DNA of 64,000 bases from NCBI RefSeq assembly GCF_006345805.1, contig NC_043022.1, forward strand, positions 2,604,001-2,668,000. Direction: 5' to 3'. Both the position numbers and the translations under genes were made by a program. This DNA is from Octopus sinensis. Taxonomy: Eukaryota. The notes beneath the pieces were generated by a model. It worked only from the letters and a program-made list of their open reading frames with translations. It had not been told where the DNA came from and made no database searches. Of this stretch, positions 1-12,119 are shown piece by piece (position 1 is the first letter of the stretch; every line of letters starts with the position of its first letter).

Positions 1-74
1 TGAGAAGTGAAAATGCTTCTGCCCTGGAGCAGCAGATGCGCTGGGTGCATACATACATGCATACACATACATAC

Positions 75-138
75 TGAGTGGATTTGTGAGTGGATTTGGT
101 AGACGGAAACTGAAAGAAGCCTGTCATATGTATGTGTA

Positions 139-187
<49 letters not shown>

Positions 188-390
188 TTGTACCCCCCCA
201 CACACTTGACAACCGGTGTTGGTGTGTTTATGTCCTCGTAACTTAAGTACTCAGGGAAAAAAAAGGGGGCTGATAGAATAAGTACTAGGCTTTAAAAAAA
301 AGTTCTGGGGTTGATTCGCTCCACAAAAATACCCTGAGGCAGTACTCCAGCATGGCCGCATATTAATGGCCGAAACAAGTAAATGAGTAG
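75..390 (+). mobile_element. SINE family A, 3' portion
   Basis: Matches the body and tail of the full copy at 2144-2550 (gtggatttggtagacggaaactgaaagaagcc...ctccagcatggccgca...gaaacaagtaaa). Confidence 0.85.
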
Positions 391-904
391 AAATTTTTTT
401 TTAAAATGATAATTTAAAACTTAATTAAAACAGTTCAGCAGAAATTAAATTAAATATTGTTCTTGCTTTTTTGTCTCTTCTGAAACATCACATTACCTCA
501 ACCATTGTTGCTGCAATTATTTCCTTAATTGTTTGAAATAATGAGTGGTGACAGTATTTCATTGATGAGTTAATTAAATACACTCGTCAGCATAAGTTTT
601 TAATACTGTGACAAAATGGCCAGATAAAAATATAACTGAATAAACTTCAACCGCCGCAGTCGGGATAATGGAACTGGTGTTGTCAAAAACACAATGTCGA
701 GAGAGGTTTAATTTTGTGTCTATTATTCTGTTGTTTTCGGAATATTTTTTTTGGTCTTTTTTTTTCTGTGAAAGAATTTGTCTCAGCATCACTCAATAAA
801 CTGGTGTTACGTACGGAAGGTTTGGTTTAAGCATCGTGGAGAATTTATGGGAGGAATTACGTGAAGAAAGATTGATTTACTGCACCCGCCTTGTTACCAA
901 CATA

Positions 905-1240
905 CATACCTGCCTATCTATCTACCTATCTATCTACCTACCTACCTATCTACCTACCTATCTACCTACCTATCTGCCTACCTTCCTATCTACCTACCTA
1001 CCTACCTATCTACCTATCTATATATATATATATCTACCTACCTACCTACCTACCTATCTATCTACCTACCTACCTATCTATCTACACACCTACCTATCTA
1101 CCTACCTACCTATCTGCCTACCCACCTATCTATCTTCCTACCTACCTATTTATCTATCTATCTATCTATCTATCTACCTACCTATCTGCCTACCTACCTT
1201 ATCTATCTATCTACCTGTCTCTCTCTCTCTCTCTCTCACC
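905..1240. repeat. Compound (TACC)n/(TATC)n/(CT)n microsatellite
   Basis: Direct inspection; explains the YLPTYL ORFs. Confidence 0.97.
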
Positions 1241-1374
1241 TGGATCATTGTGTCTTATTTGGAAAAAATCATTTGGTAAGTTATCAAAATTAAGATAATT
1301 CTAGAAAATTCGTTTTTTGTTTTGTTTTGTTTTGTTTTACTGATTTTTGCATCATTTATTATCCTTTGTTATCT

Positions 1375-1735
1375 TCCACCTGTTTCATCATCAGACAGCG
1401 ACCATGCTGGAGTACTGCCTTGAAAGGAAGGGGTTTTAGTCGAACTACCTTTGTTTCCTCCCCCTCTTTTTTTTTTCCAAGTCTGGAATTTATTCCACTG
1501 CTCTCTTTTGCTGAACTGCAAAGTCACGGCAGATGTATGCAAACAAACCAACACAGGTTGTCAAGTGATGTTGGTGGTGTTGACAGACAGACAGACACAC
1601 ACACACAACACACATGACAGTTTCTGTCTATCAGATTCACTTACAAAGTATTGGTTGGCCCAGGGCTGTAGCAGTAGAAACTTGCCCAAGGTGCTGTGCA
1701 ATGGGATTGAACTTGAAACCACATAGCTGCCAAAT
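1375..1735 (-). mobile_element. SINE family A, diverged copy
   Basis: Reverse complement of the family A body (cttgcccaaggtgc, accatgctggagtactgcc). Confidence 0.75.
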
Positions 1736-1944
1736 ATATACGTTTTATTTATTATTTTGCACATTACTTAATCATCAGTAGATTATTGTTATTTTATATT
1801 TAATATTTCTATTATATGTAATTTTCTAGATGGTGTAATTTAATTGTTCATTTTGAATTGATAAATGGTTGTTTTTTTCTAATTTTTATATATACATACA
1901 TATATATATATATATAGATAGATAGATAGATATATATATACATT

Positions 1945-2130
1945 CACCATGATAGATCGTTAGCCACTAAACCCTTTTCTCTCCCTGTTTATTTCTGTGT
2001 TCCTTTCTGTTGAAGAGCGTAGGCTCAAAACATAAAAGACTTCTTCACTTCCCAAGCATTAAACTAATACATCTTTTTGTTGTCTACAGCCATCTTTGTC
2101 TTTTGGGTTTTTTTTTTGTAAATTCTCACT
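1945..2130 (+). mobile_element. Short Penelope-LTR-like repeat with degenerate minimal hammerhead motif (2003-2038)
   Basis: cttt CTGTTGA a GAGC gtag GCTC aaaa cat a aaag; homologous to 3540-3700 and related to 10540-10770; embedded in TA-rich microsatellite. Confidence 0.55.
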
Positions 2131-2143
2131 ATATACATACATA

Positions 2144-2550
2144 GGCGCAGGAGTGGCTGTGTGGTAAGTAGCTTGCTAACCAACCACATGGTTCCGGGTT
2201 CAGTCCCACTGCGTGGCATCTTGGGCAAGTGTCTTCTACTATAGCCTCGGGCTGACCAAAGCCTTGTGGATTTGGTAGACGGAAACTGAAAGAAGCCTGT
2301 CGTATATATGTATCTATATATAAGTGTGTGTGTATATGTTTGTGTGTCTGTGTTTGTCCCCCTAGCATTGCTTGACAACCGATGCTGGTGTGTTTACGTC
2401 CCCGTAACTTAGCGGTTCGGCAAAAGAGACCGATAGAATAAGTACTGGGCTTACAAAGAATAAGTCCCGGGGTCGATTTGCTCGACTAAAGGCGGTGCTC
2501 CAGCATGGCCACAGTCAAATGACTGAAACAAGTAAAAGAGTAAAAGAATA
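2144..2550 (+). mobile_element. SINE family A (tRNA-derived head, CORE-like segment, internal microsatellite)
   Basis: A-box-like tggctgtgtgg, B-box-like ggttcagtccc, CORE-like cttgggcaagtgtctt, internal (TA/TG)n, tail aagtaaaagagtaaaaga. Probably one of the published octopus tRNA SINEs; name not verified. Confidence 0.92.
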
Positions 2551-2552
2551 TA

Positions 2553-2593
<41 letters not shown>

Positions 2594-2904
2594 ATACACA
2601 TGTGTCTGTACATGTACATAAAAATTATCCACATGTTAATGTATGTCTTCCCACATTCAAATAGAAAAGTTAAAATTGCGATTATTATTTTGAAGCTAGT
2701 TTGCTGAGGGTGGGGATAATGGCTGTGAGGAGGAAGAAGGAGTCAGTAATTGGAATAGAATCGATTTACTGTGAATTTCCTGCTAAATAGTTAATGGTAA
2801 TGATATATACATCAGTAATATATAAAAATTTAATTAGAGGATGTGTAAGCCTCATGAAGCGATGGTTTCATCAAAGGAAATACTGGTTCAATACCTAGTA
2901 ATTT

Positions 2905-3272
2905 GGGGGGAGCACGTAAAACGCACCATCCATCCGTGGCCGTTTGCCAGCCCCGTCTGGCACCTGTGCCGGTGGCACGTAAAAAGCACCATCCGTCCGT
3001 GGCCGTTTGCCAGCCTCGCCTGGCACCTGTGCAGGTGGCATGTAAAAAGCACCATCCGATTGTGGCCATTGCCAGCCTCGTCTGGCACATAAAAAGCACC
3101 CACTACACTCACAGAGTGGTTGGCGTTAGGAAGGGCATCTAGCCATAGAAACACTGCCAGATCAGACTGGACCTGATGCAGCCTTCTGGGTTCCCAGACC
3201 CCAGTTAAACCGTCCAACCCATGCTAACATGGAAAGCGGACGCTAAATGATGATGATGATGATGATGATGAT
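2905..3272 (+). mobile_element. Family E element with three ~63-bp internal repeats and (GAT)n tail
   Basis: ggcacgtaaaaagcacc units, then ggttggcgttaggaagggcatc...gcggacgctaaatgatgatg. Confidence 0.88.
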
Positions 3273-3539
3273 GAATAGATGTATATAAAAGAAAAGCCTG
3301 TTTAAGCACACATATAACATCCAAACGTACATCGTTTTTCCTATTGTGATATTATGCTCATGTCACGTTCATGTAAATTTATTGTTTATTGAGCATTAAT
3401 TGAAACAGCTGTAAGTGAAGATGATTAATTTGCTGTTAATAATAAACAATTATTAACTTCCTAATCTCCATTTGCTTTTTCTTCTTTTAAATGAATATAA
3501 ACTATATGCTTTTATATATATATGTATATATATGTATAA

Positions 3540-3700
3540 AGGGAAAGTTTATGAAAATAAACAAAAGACGAAAGCAGGTGGAGTATAACCAAACAAATGT
3601 ATTAGTATAATGCTCAGGAATAGAAAAAGTCTTTTACATTTCGAGCCTATGCTCTTCGACAGAAAGACACACAGAAAAAAACAAGGAGAGAAAAAAAATG
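3540..3700 (-). mobile_element. Short Penelope-LTR-like repeat with hammerhead-like motif (3631-3666)
   Basis: Minus strand: cttt CTGTCGA a GAGC atag GCTC GAAA tgt a aaag; (TA)n flanks. Confidence 0.6.
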
Positions 3701-3701
3701 C

Positions 3702-3745
<44 letters not shown>

Positions 3746-3906
3746 GGCGCAGGAGTGGCTGTGTGGTAAGAAGCTTGCTTCCCAACCACATGGTTCTGGG
3801 TTCAGTCCCACTGCGTGGCACTTTGGGCAAGTGTCTTTTACTATCGACTTGGGCCTTGTGAGTGGATTTGGTAGACGGAAACTGAAAGAAGCCTGTCGTA
3901 TATATG

Positions 3907-3941
<35 letters not shown>

Positions 3942-4144
3942 TTGTGTGTCTGTGTTTGTCTCCCTAGCATTGCTTGACAACCAATGCTGGTGTTTTTACG
4001 TCCCTGTCACTTAGCGGTTCGGCAAAAGAGACCGATAGAATAAGTACTGGGCTTACAAAGAATAAGTCCTGTGGTCGGTTTTCTCGACTAAAGGCGGTGC
4101 TCCAGCATGGCCGCAGTCAAATGACTGAAACAAGTAAAAGAGTA
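3746..4144 (+). mobile_element. SINE family A, full length
   Basis: Near-identical to 2144-2550. Confidence 0.92.
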
Positions 4145-4454
4145 ATGAGTATATATATATATATATATATATGCGTGTGTATGTGTGTTTTGTGTGTCTG
4201 TGTTTGTCCCCATTATCATTACTTGACAACCAATGTTGGTGTATTTACATCCCTGTAACTTAGCAGTTCAGCAAAAGAGACCAAAAGAATAAGCACAAGG
4301 CTTATCTGTATCACTTTTACAACTGCTGCTTCTGGCCACCCCCATTCTTCTGCGTCTCTCTCTCCTCCCCATCTCATGGCTCTCATTTCATCCATCCTTT
4401 AACCCTACCCAGTTCGGTGGTCTTCCACCCCACTCCTCTTTCATCTCCCATACA

Positions 4455-4968
4455 TTCTTATTTCTTTATTGCCCAAAAGGGGCTAAACACAGAGGGGACA
4501 AACAAGGACAGACAAAGTGATTAAGTCGATTATATCGACCCCAGTGTGTAACTGGTACTTAATTTATTGACCCCGAAAGGATGAAAGGCAAAGTCGACCT
4601 CGGCGGAATTTGAACTCACAACGTAACGGCAGACGAAATACCTATTTCTTTATTGCCCACAAGGGGCTAAACATAGAGGGGATAAACAAGGACAGACAAA
4701 GTGATTAAGTCGATTATATCGACCCCAGTGTGTAACTGGTACTTAATTTATCGACCCCGAAAGGATGAAAGGCAAAGTCGACCTCGGCGGAATTTGAACT
4801 CACAACGTAACGGCAGACGAAATACCTATTTCTTTATTGCCCACAAGGGGCTAAACATAGAGGGGACAAACAAGGACAGACAAAGTGATTAAGTCGATTA
4901 TATCGACCCCAGTGTGTAACTGGTACTTAATTTATCGACCCCGAAAGGATGAAAGGCAAAGTCGACCT
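4455..4968 (-). mobile_element. SINE family B1 head-less tandem trimer (184-bp unit)
   Basis: tttctttattgccc recurs at 4461, 4645 and 4829; unit is body gccgaggtcgactttgcctttcatcc plus tail ...agccccttgtgggcaataaagaaat. Confidence 0.92.
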
Positions 4969-5573
4969 TGCAAACTAAAACCCACTTCTACTTGCCGTGT
5001 GCTTTGTGGGGCCACCCGAGCCCCTTATCACCATTATCTATCTATGTATTGCAGCTTCTGTTGATTGTTTCCTCTTTCTCAGGACATTCTGACCCCCAGC
5101 CACCCAACCACCCACTGGTAGAGAAGTTTTAATATCACAAGCTACCAAAGAAATACTCTTTTCTATTCTATACCAATATAAAATCTCTCTGTCTGTCTGT
5201 CTCTCTCCTTCCTTCTGTCTTTCCTCCACCCATCTCTCACACTTTTATATATATGCACTGTTATAAACACACACACACACACACTTATATAAACACACAC
5301 TGTATTTTTCATTTTGTAATATCCCTATTACAAACATCTTGTACTCTTGACACATGTGATAGATGTTCATTTGAACTGTGAATCGAATCATGCTCCAGTA
5401 AACTTCCTTTCACTTCAACAGATATTGAGCTGACGAGTGTTATCTCCAGAGATCAATGTTAAATAAGAAAGGAGGGCAGAGCCTAAAAATAATTTCTTAA
5501 TCTCTCTCTGTTGCTCTTTTTATAGTTTTGCCTTCGATTATTACTTTCTCATAATTGCTGACACTTGTTCAGT

Positions 5574-6205
5574 AGGTTTATAGGTGTGACTGAGGGCAGT
5601 TGTTAAGTGTGTTTGTGGGTACAATTGAAGGCAGTGTTAAATGGGTTTGTGGATTTTTAGAGCTCTCGTTAAATGAGATTGTGGGTGTAACTGAGGGCAG
5701 GTTTTTTGTGGGTTTTTGGCCGTAACTAAAAGCAGTTGTTAAGTGTGTTTGTGGGTATAATTGAAGGCAGTGTTAAATGGGTTTGTGGATGTAATTTAGG
5801 GCTCTTGTTAAATGGGATTGTGGGTGTAATTGAGGGAAGTTTTTCAGTGGATTTATAGCTGTACCTGAAGGCAGTTAAGTGTGTTTGTGGGTACAGTTGA
5901 GGGCAGTGTTAAATGGGTTTATGGATGTAATTTAGGGATCTCATTAAGTGAAATTGTGGGTGTGATTGAGGGCAGGTTTTAGGTATGTCTGTGGTTGTGA
6001 CTCAAGGCAGTTGTTAAGTAGATTCAGGCTGTAGCTGAGAGCAATTATTAAGTATGATTGTGGCAGTAATTGAGGCCCGTTGTTAAGTAGGTTTGTGAAT
6101 GTGACTGAGGACAGTTACATGAGCTTGTGACTGTTGTTGAGAGCAGTTCTTAAGTGTGGTTGTGGATATAAATGAAAGTAGTTGTTAAGTGGGTTTGTGG
6201 GCACA
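5574..6205. repeat. Minisatellite, ~34-bp monomer in a 136-bp higher-order repeat
   Basis: gttaagtgtgtttgtgggt recurs at 5602, 5738 and 5874; intervening monomers are diverged relatives. Confidence 0.85.
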
Positions 6206-6489
6206 ACCTTGTGTGTGTGTGTGTATGTTATTTAATGCTAACATATCAAAATAATTTAATTAGAAATACTAGTATGGTGAAGAGAACTTTAGCCCAGTGA
6301 CTAATCATTTAATCATATTTGCAAGTATGAAAGATTACATCAGACATTTTTCGGTCATCTTAGCCCTCCTCAGCAAAATATTAATTTCCCTGCATACATG
6401 TATCTGTGTGTGTGTGTGTGTGTTTGCCCTTACAAGATAAATCACCTTCTACTACAAAACACACACACTTATGGAAGCTCTTCTTTTCA

Positions 6490-6790
6490 CTAACCCCCTG
6501 TATAACACATGCCCACATGTGTTAGACACATGGAGCTGAAAAAGGTGCTCAAGGTGGTTGTTGGCATGATGGTTAATAATTTTGTGGGCGTTCACCAACT
6601 CAGTTGCCAGACGTTGGAGCTTCAATGTAGCCATGCCCAGGGTAGCAAGGCATTCAGAGTATGCCTGATGGAAAGTATTCGCTTGGTTGCACATCTCTGA
6701 ACAGTTTGCTGGAGGTCAATGTCCTGAGCAGGGGTTCCAGACTGATGATGCAAATTCCAAGTGTGGCCACACCATAGCCATATACAACCA
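6490..6790 (-). mobile_element. CR1-type LINE 3' ORF2 fragment, degenerate
   Basis: Minus-strand peptides PHLEFASSVWNP, QDIDLQQTVQRCATKRI and LKLQRLATELVNAHKII match the CR1 post-RT pattern PHLEY..VWSP..KDI..LE.VQRRATK. Confidence 0.8.
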
Positions 6791-7063
6791 AGATATATAT
6801 AAACAGTGAGAGAGAGAGAGAGAGAGAGAGATAAGATGCATGTGTGTATGCTTGCCCTGGTTATATGCAAGAAAAGGCCCTCTGTCTGACAAATACATTC
6901 ACACACCCACATTTTCTAGATTACCAACAAGAAAATACTATCTTCCTAATAGATAAAAGTACCATCGCCACCAGTTTCCAACCACAGATCTTTCACAATC
7001 TGCATTCTTGTACAATTTGCTCAGTTGCTGCTGTAATAATGTCGATTACTCTGAATATTCGCT

Positions 7064-7295
7064 GGTGGCGAGCTGGCAGACTCGTCAGCACGCTGGGCGA
7101 AATGCTTTACGGTATTTCGTCTGCGTTACGTTGTGAGTTCAAATTCTGCCGAGGTCGACTTTGCCTTTCATCCTTTCGGGGTCGGTAAATTAAGTACCAG
7201 TTACGCACTGGGGTCGATGTAATTGACTTAGTCCGTTTGTCTGTCCTTGTTTGTCCCCTCTGTGTTTAGCCCCTTGTGGGTAATAAAGAAATAGG
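7064..7295 (+). mobile_element. SINE family B1 monomer with 15-bp TSD
   Basis: tRNA-like head, B-box gagttcaaattc, tail aataaagaaatagg; ttactctgaatattc at 7046-7060 and 7296-7310. Confidence 0.92.
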
Positions 7296-7470
7296 TTACT
7301 CTGAATATTCCAACTCTTGACTTCTTCCCATCAGTACTATGCACCTCCATGTAAAATCGCTTGATTGAATTCTTTTCCTCCCACACCTGTTACTCTTTCA
7401 TTTTCAAAGACAGGTAATGCTTAACGTGAGAAAGAGAGAGAAATAAGATTGGTAACAAATCTCAACATAG

Positions 7471-8656
7471 TTGCAGGGGTGGTTGTAGGGTAAGAAGTTG
7501 AATCATAGTTTTGGCTGATGCCACTGCCACTTGACTGGCACACGTGCCAGTGGAATGTGAAAAGCACCATTGAAGTGTGGCCAATGCCAGTGCTTCCTCA
7601 TGGGCACCTGTGCCGGTGGTACATAAGCACAGTTCGAGTGTGGCCGATGCCAGTGTTACCTGTCTAGCACCTGTGCCAGTGACACGTAAAAAGTACCATT
7701 ACAGCGTGGGTGATACCAGTGCTGTCTGACTGGCACCTGTGCCAGTGGTACATAAAAAGCACCATTAGAGCATGGGTGATATCAGTGCCACCTGACTGGC
7801 ACCTGTGCCAGTGGTACATAAAAAGCACCATTAGAGCATGGGTGATATCAGTGCCACCTGACTGGCACCTGTGCCAGTGGTACATAAAAAGTACCATTAG
7901 AGCATGGGTGATATCAGTGCCACCTGACTGGCACCTGTGCCAGTGGTACATAAAAAGTACCATTAGAGCATGGGTGATATCAGTGCCACCTGACTGGCAC
8001 CTGTGCCAGTGGTACATAAAAAGTACCATTAGAGCATGGGTGATATCAGTGCCACCTGACTGGCACCTGTGTCAGTGGTACATAAAAAGCACCATTAGAG
8101 CATGGGTGATATCAGTGCCACCTGACTGGCACCTGTGCCAGTGGTACATAAAAAGTACCATTAGAGCATGGGTGATATCAGTGCCGCTTGACTGGCACCT
8201 GTGCCAGTGGCACATAAAATGTATCGTTAGAGCATGGGTGATATCAGTGCCGCCTGACTGGCACCTGTGCCAGTGGTACATAAAAAGCACCATCCAAGTG
8301 TGGCTGATGCCAGTGCCACCTGACTGGCATCCACGCCAGTGGCATGTAAAAAGCACCATTCGAGCATGAACAATGTCATTGCCGCCTGACTGGCACCCAT
8401 GCCAGAGGCACATAAAAATCACCATTTGAGCATCACTGCTACCAGCGCCATCTGACTGGCACCTATGTCAGTAGCATTTAAAAGCACCCACTTCACTCTG
8501 TAAAGTGGTTGGCATTAGGAAGGGCATCCAGCTGTAGAAACCTTGCCAGATCAGACTGGAGCGTGGTGCAACTTCCTGGCTTGCCGGTCCTTAGTCAAAA
8601 TGTCCAACCCATGCCAGCATGGAAAGCAGACGTTAAACAATGATGATGATGATGAT
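7471..8656 (+). mobile_element. Family E element with expanded 66-bp VNTR
   Basis: About 8 near-identical 66-bp units (gagcatgggtgatatcag every 66 bp from 7769) plus diverged flanking units, then the E tail and (GAT)n. Confidence 0.9.
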
Positions 8657-9329
8657 CATCATCATCATCGTTTTAATGTCCACTATGGTTTTGCTTGCAT
8701 GAGGCAGACATATACATGGATTTTCTACAGCCAGATGCTTTTTCTGTTGCCAACCTTTCTTGTTGCTAGATGACGAGAGGTTAAACTATGACAGAGGGAA
8801 AGAAACAGGTGTCTTAAATTGTGGAGGAGCCTTTTGTTGCTAGATGATGAGAGGTTAAACTATGACAGAGGGATAGAAACAGGTGTCTTAAATTGTGGAG
8901 GAGCCTTTTGATTACATATGATAGATGGAAACTGAAAGAAGCCCATTGTATGTGTGTGTGTGTCTGTGTCTACCCTAGTTAGAGGGAGAGAGAGAAAGAG
9001 CAAGAAATGGGGGCAATGTTCGGTGGAATTGAATCCAGCACCACAGAGTTGGAAAGCAGGCTTCTTAACCACTCAGCCATGCTCCACAGAATGAAATATA
9101 TAAATAAATGAATAATGAGTTGCTTTTCGCTGACCAAATCAATAAAGTGGAATCGGTCAATGGATTTTAACGGACTAGAATTTCTGGCAGTGACAATTCC
9201 CAGTGGCTATGTTCACCTAGTTCTAAACTAGAGTACATCTGCTGACTTCACCAATTTAACCCTATGCTTCTGGTTTTTAAAACAAAACATCTCATTTTAC
9301 TGCATTCATATTTACTTCAAAATATCATT

Positions 9330-9955
9330 GTGAAATCGAAATCGAAATTGAACCAGTCCTATGACTCGCACCCGGCAGTTGCCAGGACTGCTGGACTGAC
9401 TCCTGTGCAGGTGGCAATTGAAGAAACACCATTTCGACCCTGTGCTTGAGGAGATCCATTGAGTCAAGTACACCGACATCAAAATCAATGGAAACTGCAG
9501 TTGTGATCCCTGAGCCGGTGGCACGTAAACAGCACCATCTGAAGGTGGCCGATGCCAGCGCCGCCTAGAATGGCTTCCGTGCCAGTGGCACGTAAAAAGC
9601 GCTATCCAAATCGTGGCCGATGCCAGCGTCGCCTCGACTGGCTTCCATGCCAGTGGCACGTAAAAAGCACCATCCGAATCGTGGACGATGCCAGTGCCGC
9701 CTCGACTGGCTTCCGTGCTGGTGGCATGTAAAATGCACCAATCCAACCGTGGCCGTTGCCAGCCTTGCCTGGCACCTGTGCAGGTGGCACGTAAAAAGCA
9801 CCCACTACACTCACGGAGTGGTTGGCGTTAGGAAGGGCATCCAGCTGTAGAAACACTGCCAGATCAGACTGGAGCCTGGTGCAGCCTTCTGGCTTCCCAG
9901 ATCCCGTCCAACCCATGCTAGCATGGAGAACGGACGTTAAATGATGATGATGATG
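9330..9955 (+). mobile_element. Family E element
   Basis: Several ggcacgtaaaaagcacc units followed by the E tail and (GAT)n. Confidence 0.88.
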
Positions 9956-10296
9956 TCCAGTAAATTCACATCAAGAAAAGTTTACAGAGAGACAAGTTCA
10001 CAGTAAAAGTATAAAACCCTTATTTTAAAACCCTAATATGTTGAAGAAGCAAATAGGAAACTTCGCAGAAAAAAAAAAAAAAGATTTAGAAAACTTTATC
10101 ATCAATTTATTCAAAAATTAAATGGGTTTAATCAGTCAATTTAATGAACAAAATTTAGAAGATTAATAAGTTAAATCAAATAAGTAACCCAGATTTCTAA
10201 TAAGTGATGTTATTCACTATTCCATACAAGTAGCCATGGATGCAATTATCTTCATTGTAATTTTGAATGAGTCTTTGAATTTCTTCACAGTTATAG

Positions 10297-10476
10297 GCAT
10301 AGGAGTGGTTGTATGGTAAGTAGCTTGCTTATGAACTACATGGTTTCAGGTTCAGACCCACTGCATGGCACCTTGGGCAAGTGTCTTTTACTATAGCCTC
10401 GGGCCAACCAAATCCTTGTGAATGGATTTCATAGATGGAAACTGAAAGAAGCCCGTCATATATATGTGTATGTATG

Positions 10477-10500
<24 letters not shown>
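10297..10500 (+). mobile_element. SINE family A, 5' half
   Basis: Head and CORE-like segment ending at the internal microsatellite. Confidence 0.85.
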
Positions 10501-10539
<39 letters not shown>

Positions 10540-10540
<1 letters not shown>

Positions 10541-10770
10541 AAGTTAATCCAAACAAGAAAGCACAAAAAAACACAACAACGCGAGGACATGGAACAAATA
10601 TAGTATTATTGGACGCTCAGGAAACAAGGAAAGAAGGAGCGTTTAACGTTTCAAGCAGAGCTCTTCGTCGGAAACATAGGAGAAGGAAAGATCCAGAGAA
10701 GGGAAGACAGAGGAAAAAAAATCGCCAACGGTACACACGAGGTCGCATTTTGAAAGACCGGAAGGAAATA
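10540..10770 (-). mobile_element. Short Penelope-LTR-like repeat with hammerhead-like motif (10641-10675)
   Basis: Minus strand: gttt CCGACGA a GAGC tct GCTT GAAA cgt t aaac; (TA)n flanks. Confidence 0.6.
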
Positions 10771-10909
10771 TATATATATAAGAGAAAGATTGAGTCCAAT
10801 TTCATCCTTTTATTTTGGAGGGGTCCAAAGTTAGATTTCTAATAAAGATTCTTTATATTAAATTTGTAGCTTACTGGGGTTTTTTTTTTAAATAAGAAAA
10901 TTTTACATG

Positions 10910-11098
10910 TATAAGGTGTTTCTTATGAGCATTTATAGAACACGAATCCTATGGAAACTCAACATACAAAGATGGAGAAGAGATGTTAAAAGTTTTATAA
11001 AGTTTTATAAAACTTAACATCTTGTCTTCTCCATCTTCAATTGTTTGTTGAGTTTATATAAGATACGTGTTCTATAAATGCTCATAACACACCTTATA
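10910..11098. mobile_element. Fold-back/MITE-like element with TA ends
   Basis: tataaggtg...atgagcatttatagaacacg mirrored by cgtgttctataaatgctcat...ccttata; arms run almost to the centre. Confidence 0.7.
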
Positions 11099-11249
11099 TA
11101 TATATGTATGTATATGTATATTTTAAAAATATAAATATATGAAAGAATGGAGCTGAACGACGAATTAACAAAATTCCTTTATTTTCGACATATGTTTCGA
11201 AGGCTGCAATGTATGTATATATGTATGTATATGTAACCATGACATCATA

Positions 11250-11420
11250 AAAGATGAATGGAGAATTACACATCTTCAAAATTTGTTTATCACAGAATTA
11301 TCCTCATTAAATTCGCATTAAATTCTAAGCCGACCCATGTTTCTGTGTTGGATTAGAAGTTAATGAGGATAATACAGTAATAAACAAATTTTGAAGCTGT
11401 ATAATTCTCCATTCTTCTTT
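11250..11420. mobile_element. Second fold-back/MITE-like element
   Basis: ggagaatta...cttcaaaatttgtttat...ttatcctcattaa mirrored by ttaatgaggataa...ataaacaaattttgaag...taattctcc. Confidence 0.65.
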
Positions 11421-11450
11421 ACAATATCTGAATTTTATATCTCTTCTCTC

Positions 11451-11965
11451 TCTATATAAACGGCAGTTTGTCTGTCTGTGTGTCTGTCAGGTTGTACCCT
11501 CACCCTGACCACAGCTTTCAACCGATTCTGATGAAACTTGACACACACATAGCCCAATGTCATAATTCAAAACTAACACAGCGAAAATTTTGAAATAATC
11601 CCCCAGTTCTGACAAAAGATCGATACATTCAACATGGGGTCGAGAATCTAAGCTTTTTATATACAACACATTTTCTGTTGTAGTTTTCGCAACTTGCAAT
11701 CGATTTTCACCAAACTCATGGTGAAGCTTAATGTTACCCTAAGAAACTTAATTCTGACGTTAGTTTTCCATGCAATACCTTACCATCAGAAAAAATCGAT
11801 AAAATCATGCCATTTTGGAAAATCGCGTTCAAATTCAAGGTGACATATTTTCGACAATATCTTTCACAAATTGGCAGGAAATTAGAGGGAAAGGACTAGA
11901 TTGGGATTAGTCATTGCCTACTAGGGGCTCTTACATACCTGGGCAACGCCGGGCTATGCTGCTAG
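11451..11965 (+). mobile_element. Non-autonomous Helitron-like element
   Basis: 5' TC...tatataaa, (TGTC)n near the 5' end, 3' hairpin gggcaacgccggg then CTAG followed by T. Confidence 0.75.
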
Positions 11966-12119
11966 TTCTGTATAAAATCCAATGGAGAAAACTCAGACTT
12001 TGGTTAATATAAATTGTTTATATTAACCAGTTCTGTAGGTTTCCTGGTATTCAATGTGGTTAGCCAGATCTGGACTATATCAGAGTGCTAATAAAGGTAC
12101 CTGCCTGGATTCCAAATCC

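Noticed and set aside
574-880. ENLWEEL as a Tc1 transposase remnant
   Set aside because: Only a 7-residue resemblance, with no SPDLN motif or matching TIR found.
3095-3150. Twister ribozyme upstream of the RTE-like motif ggttggcgttaggaagggcatcc in family E
   Set aside because: The characteristic ccggtcccaagcccgg-type twister sequence is absent in all E copies.
7664-8425. 22-aa repeat protein or CRISPR-like array (also 39534-39940)
   Set aside because: 66-bp tandem units with no unique spacers and no cas genes; they lie inside family E elements.
8761-8908. 74-bp tandem duplication
   Set aside because: Real, but an ordinary two-copy duplication with no further structure.
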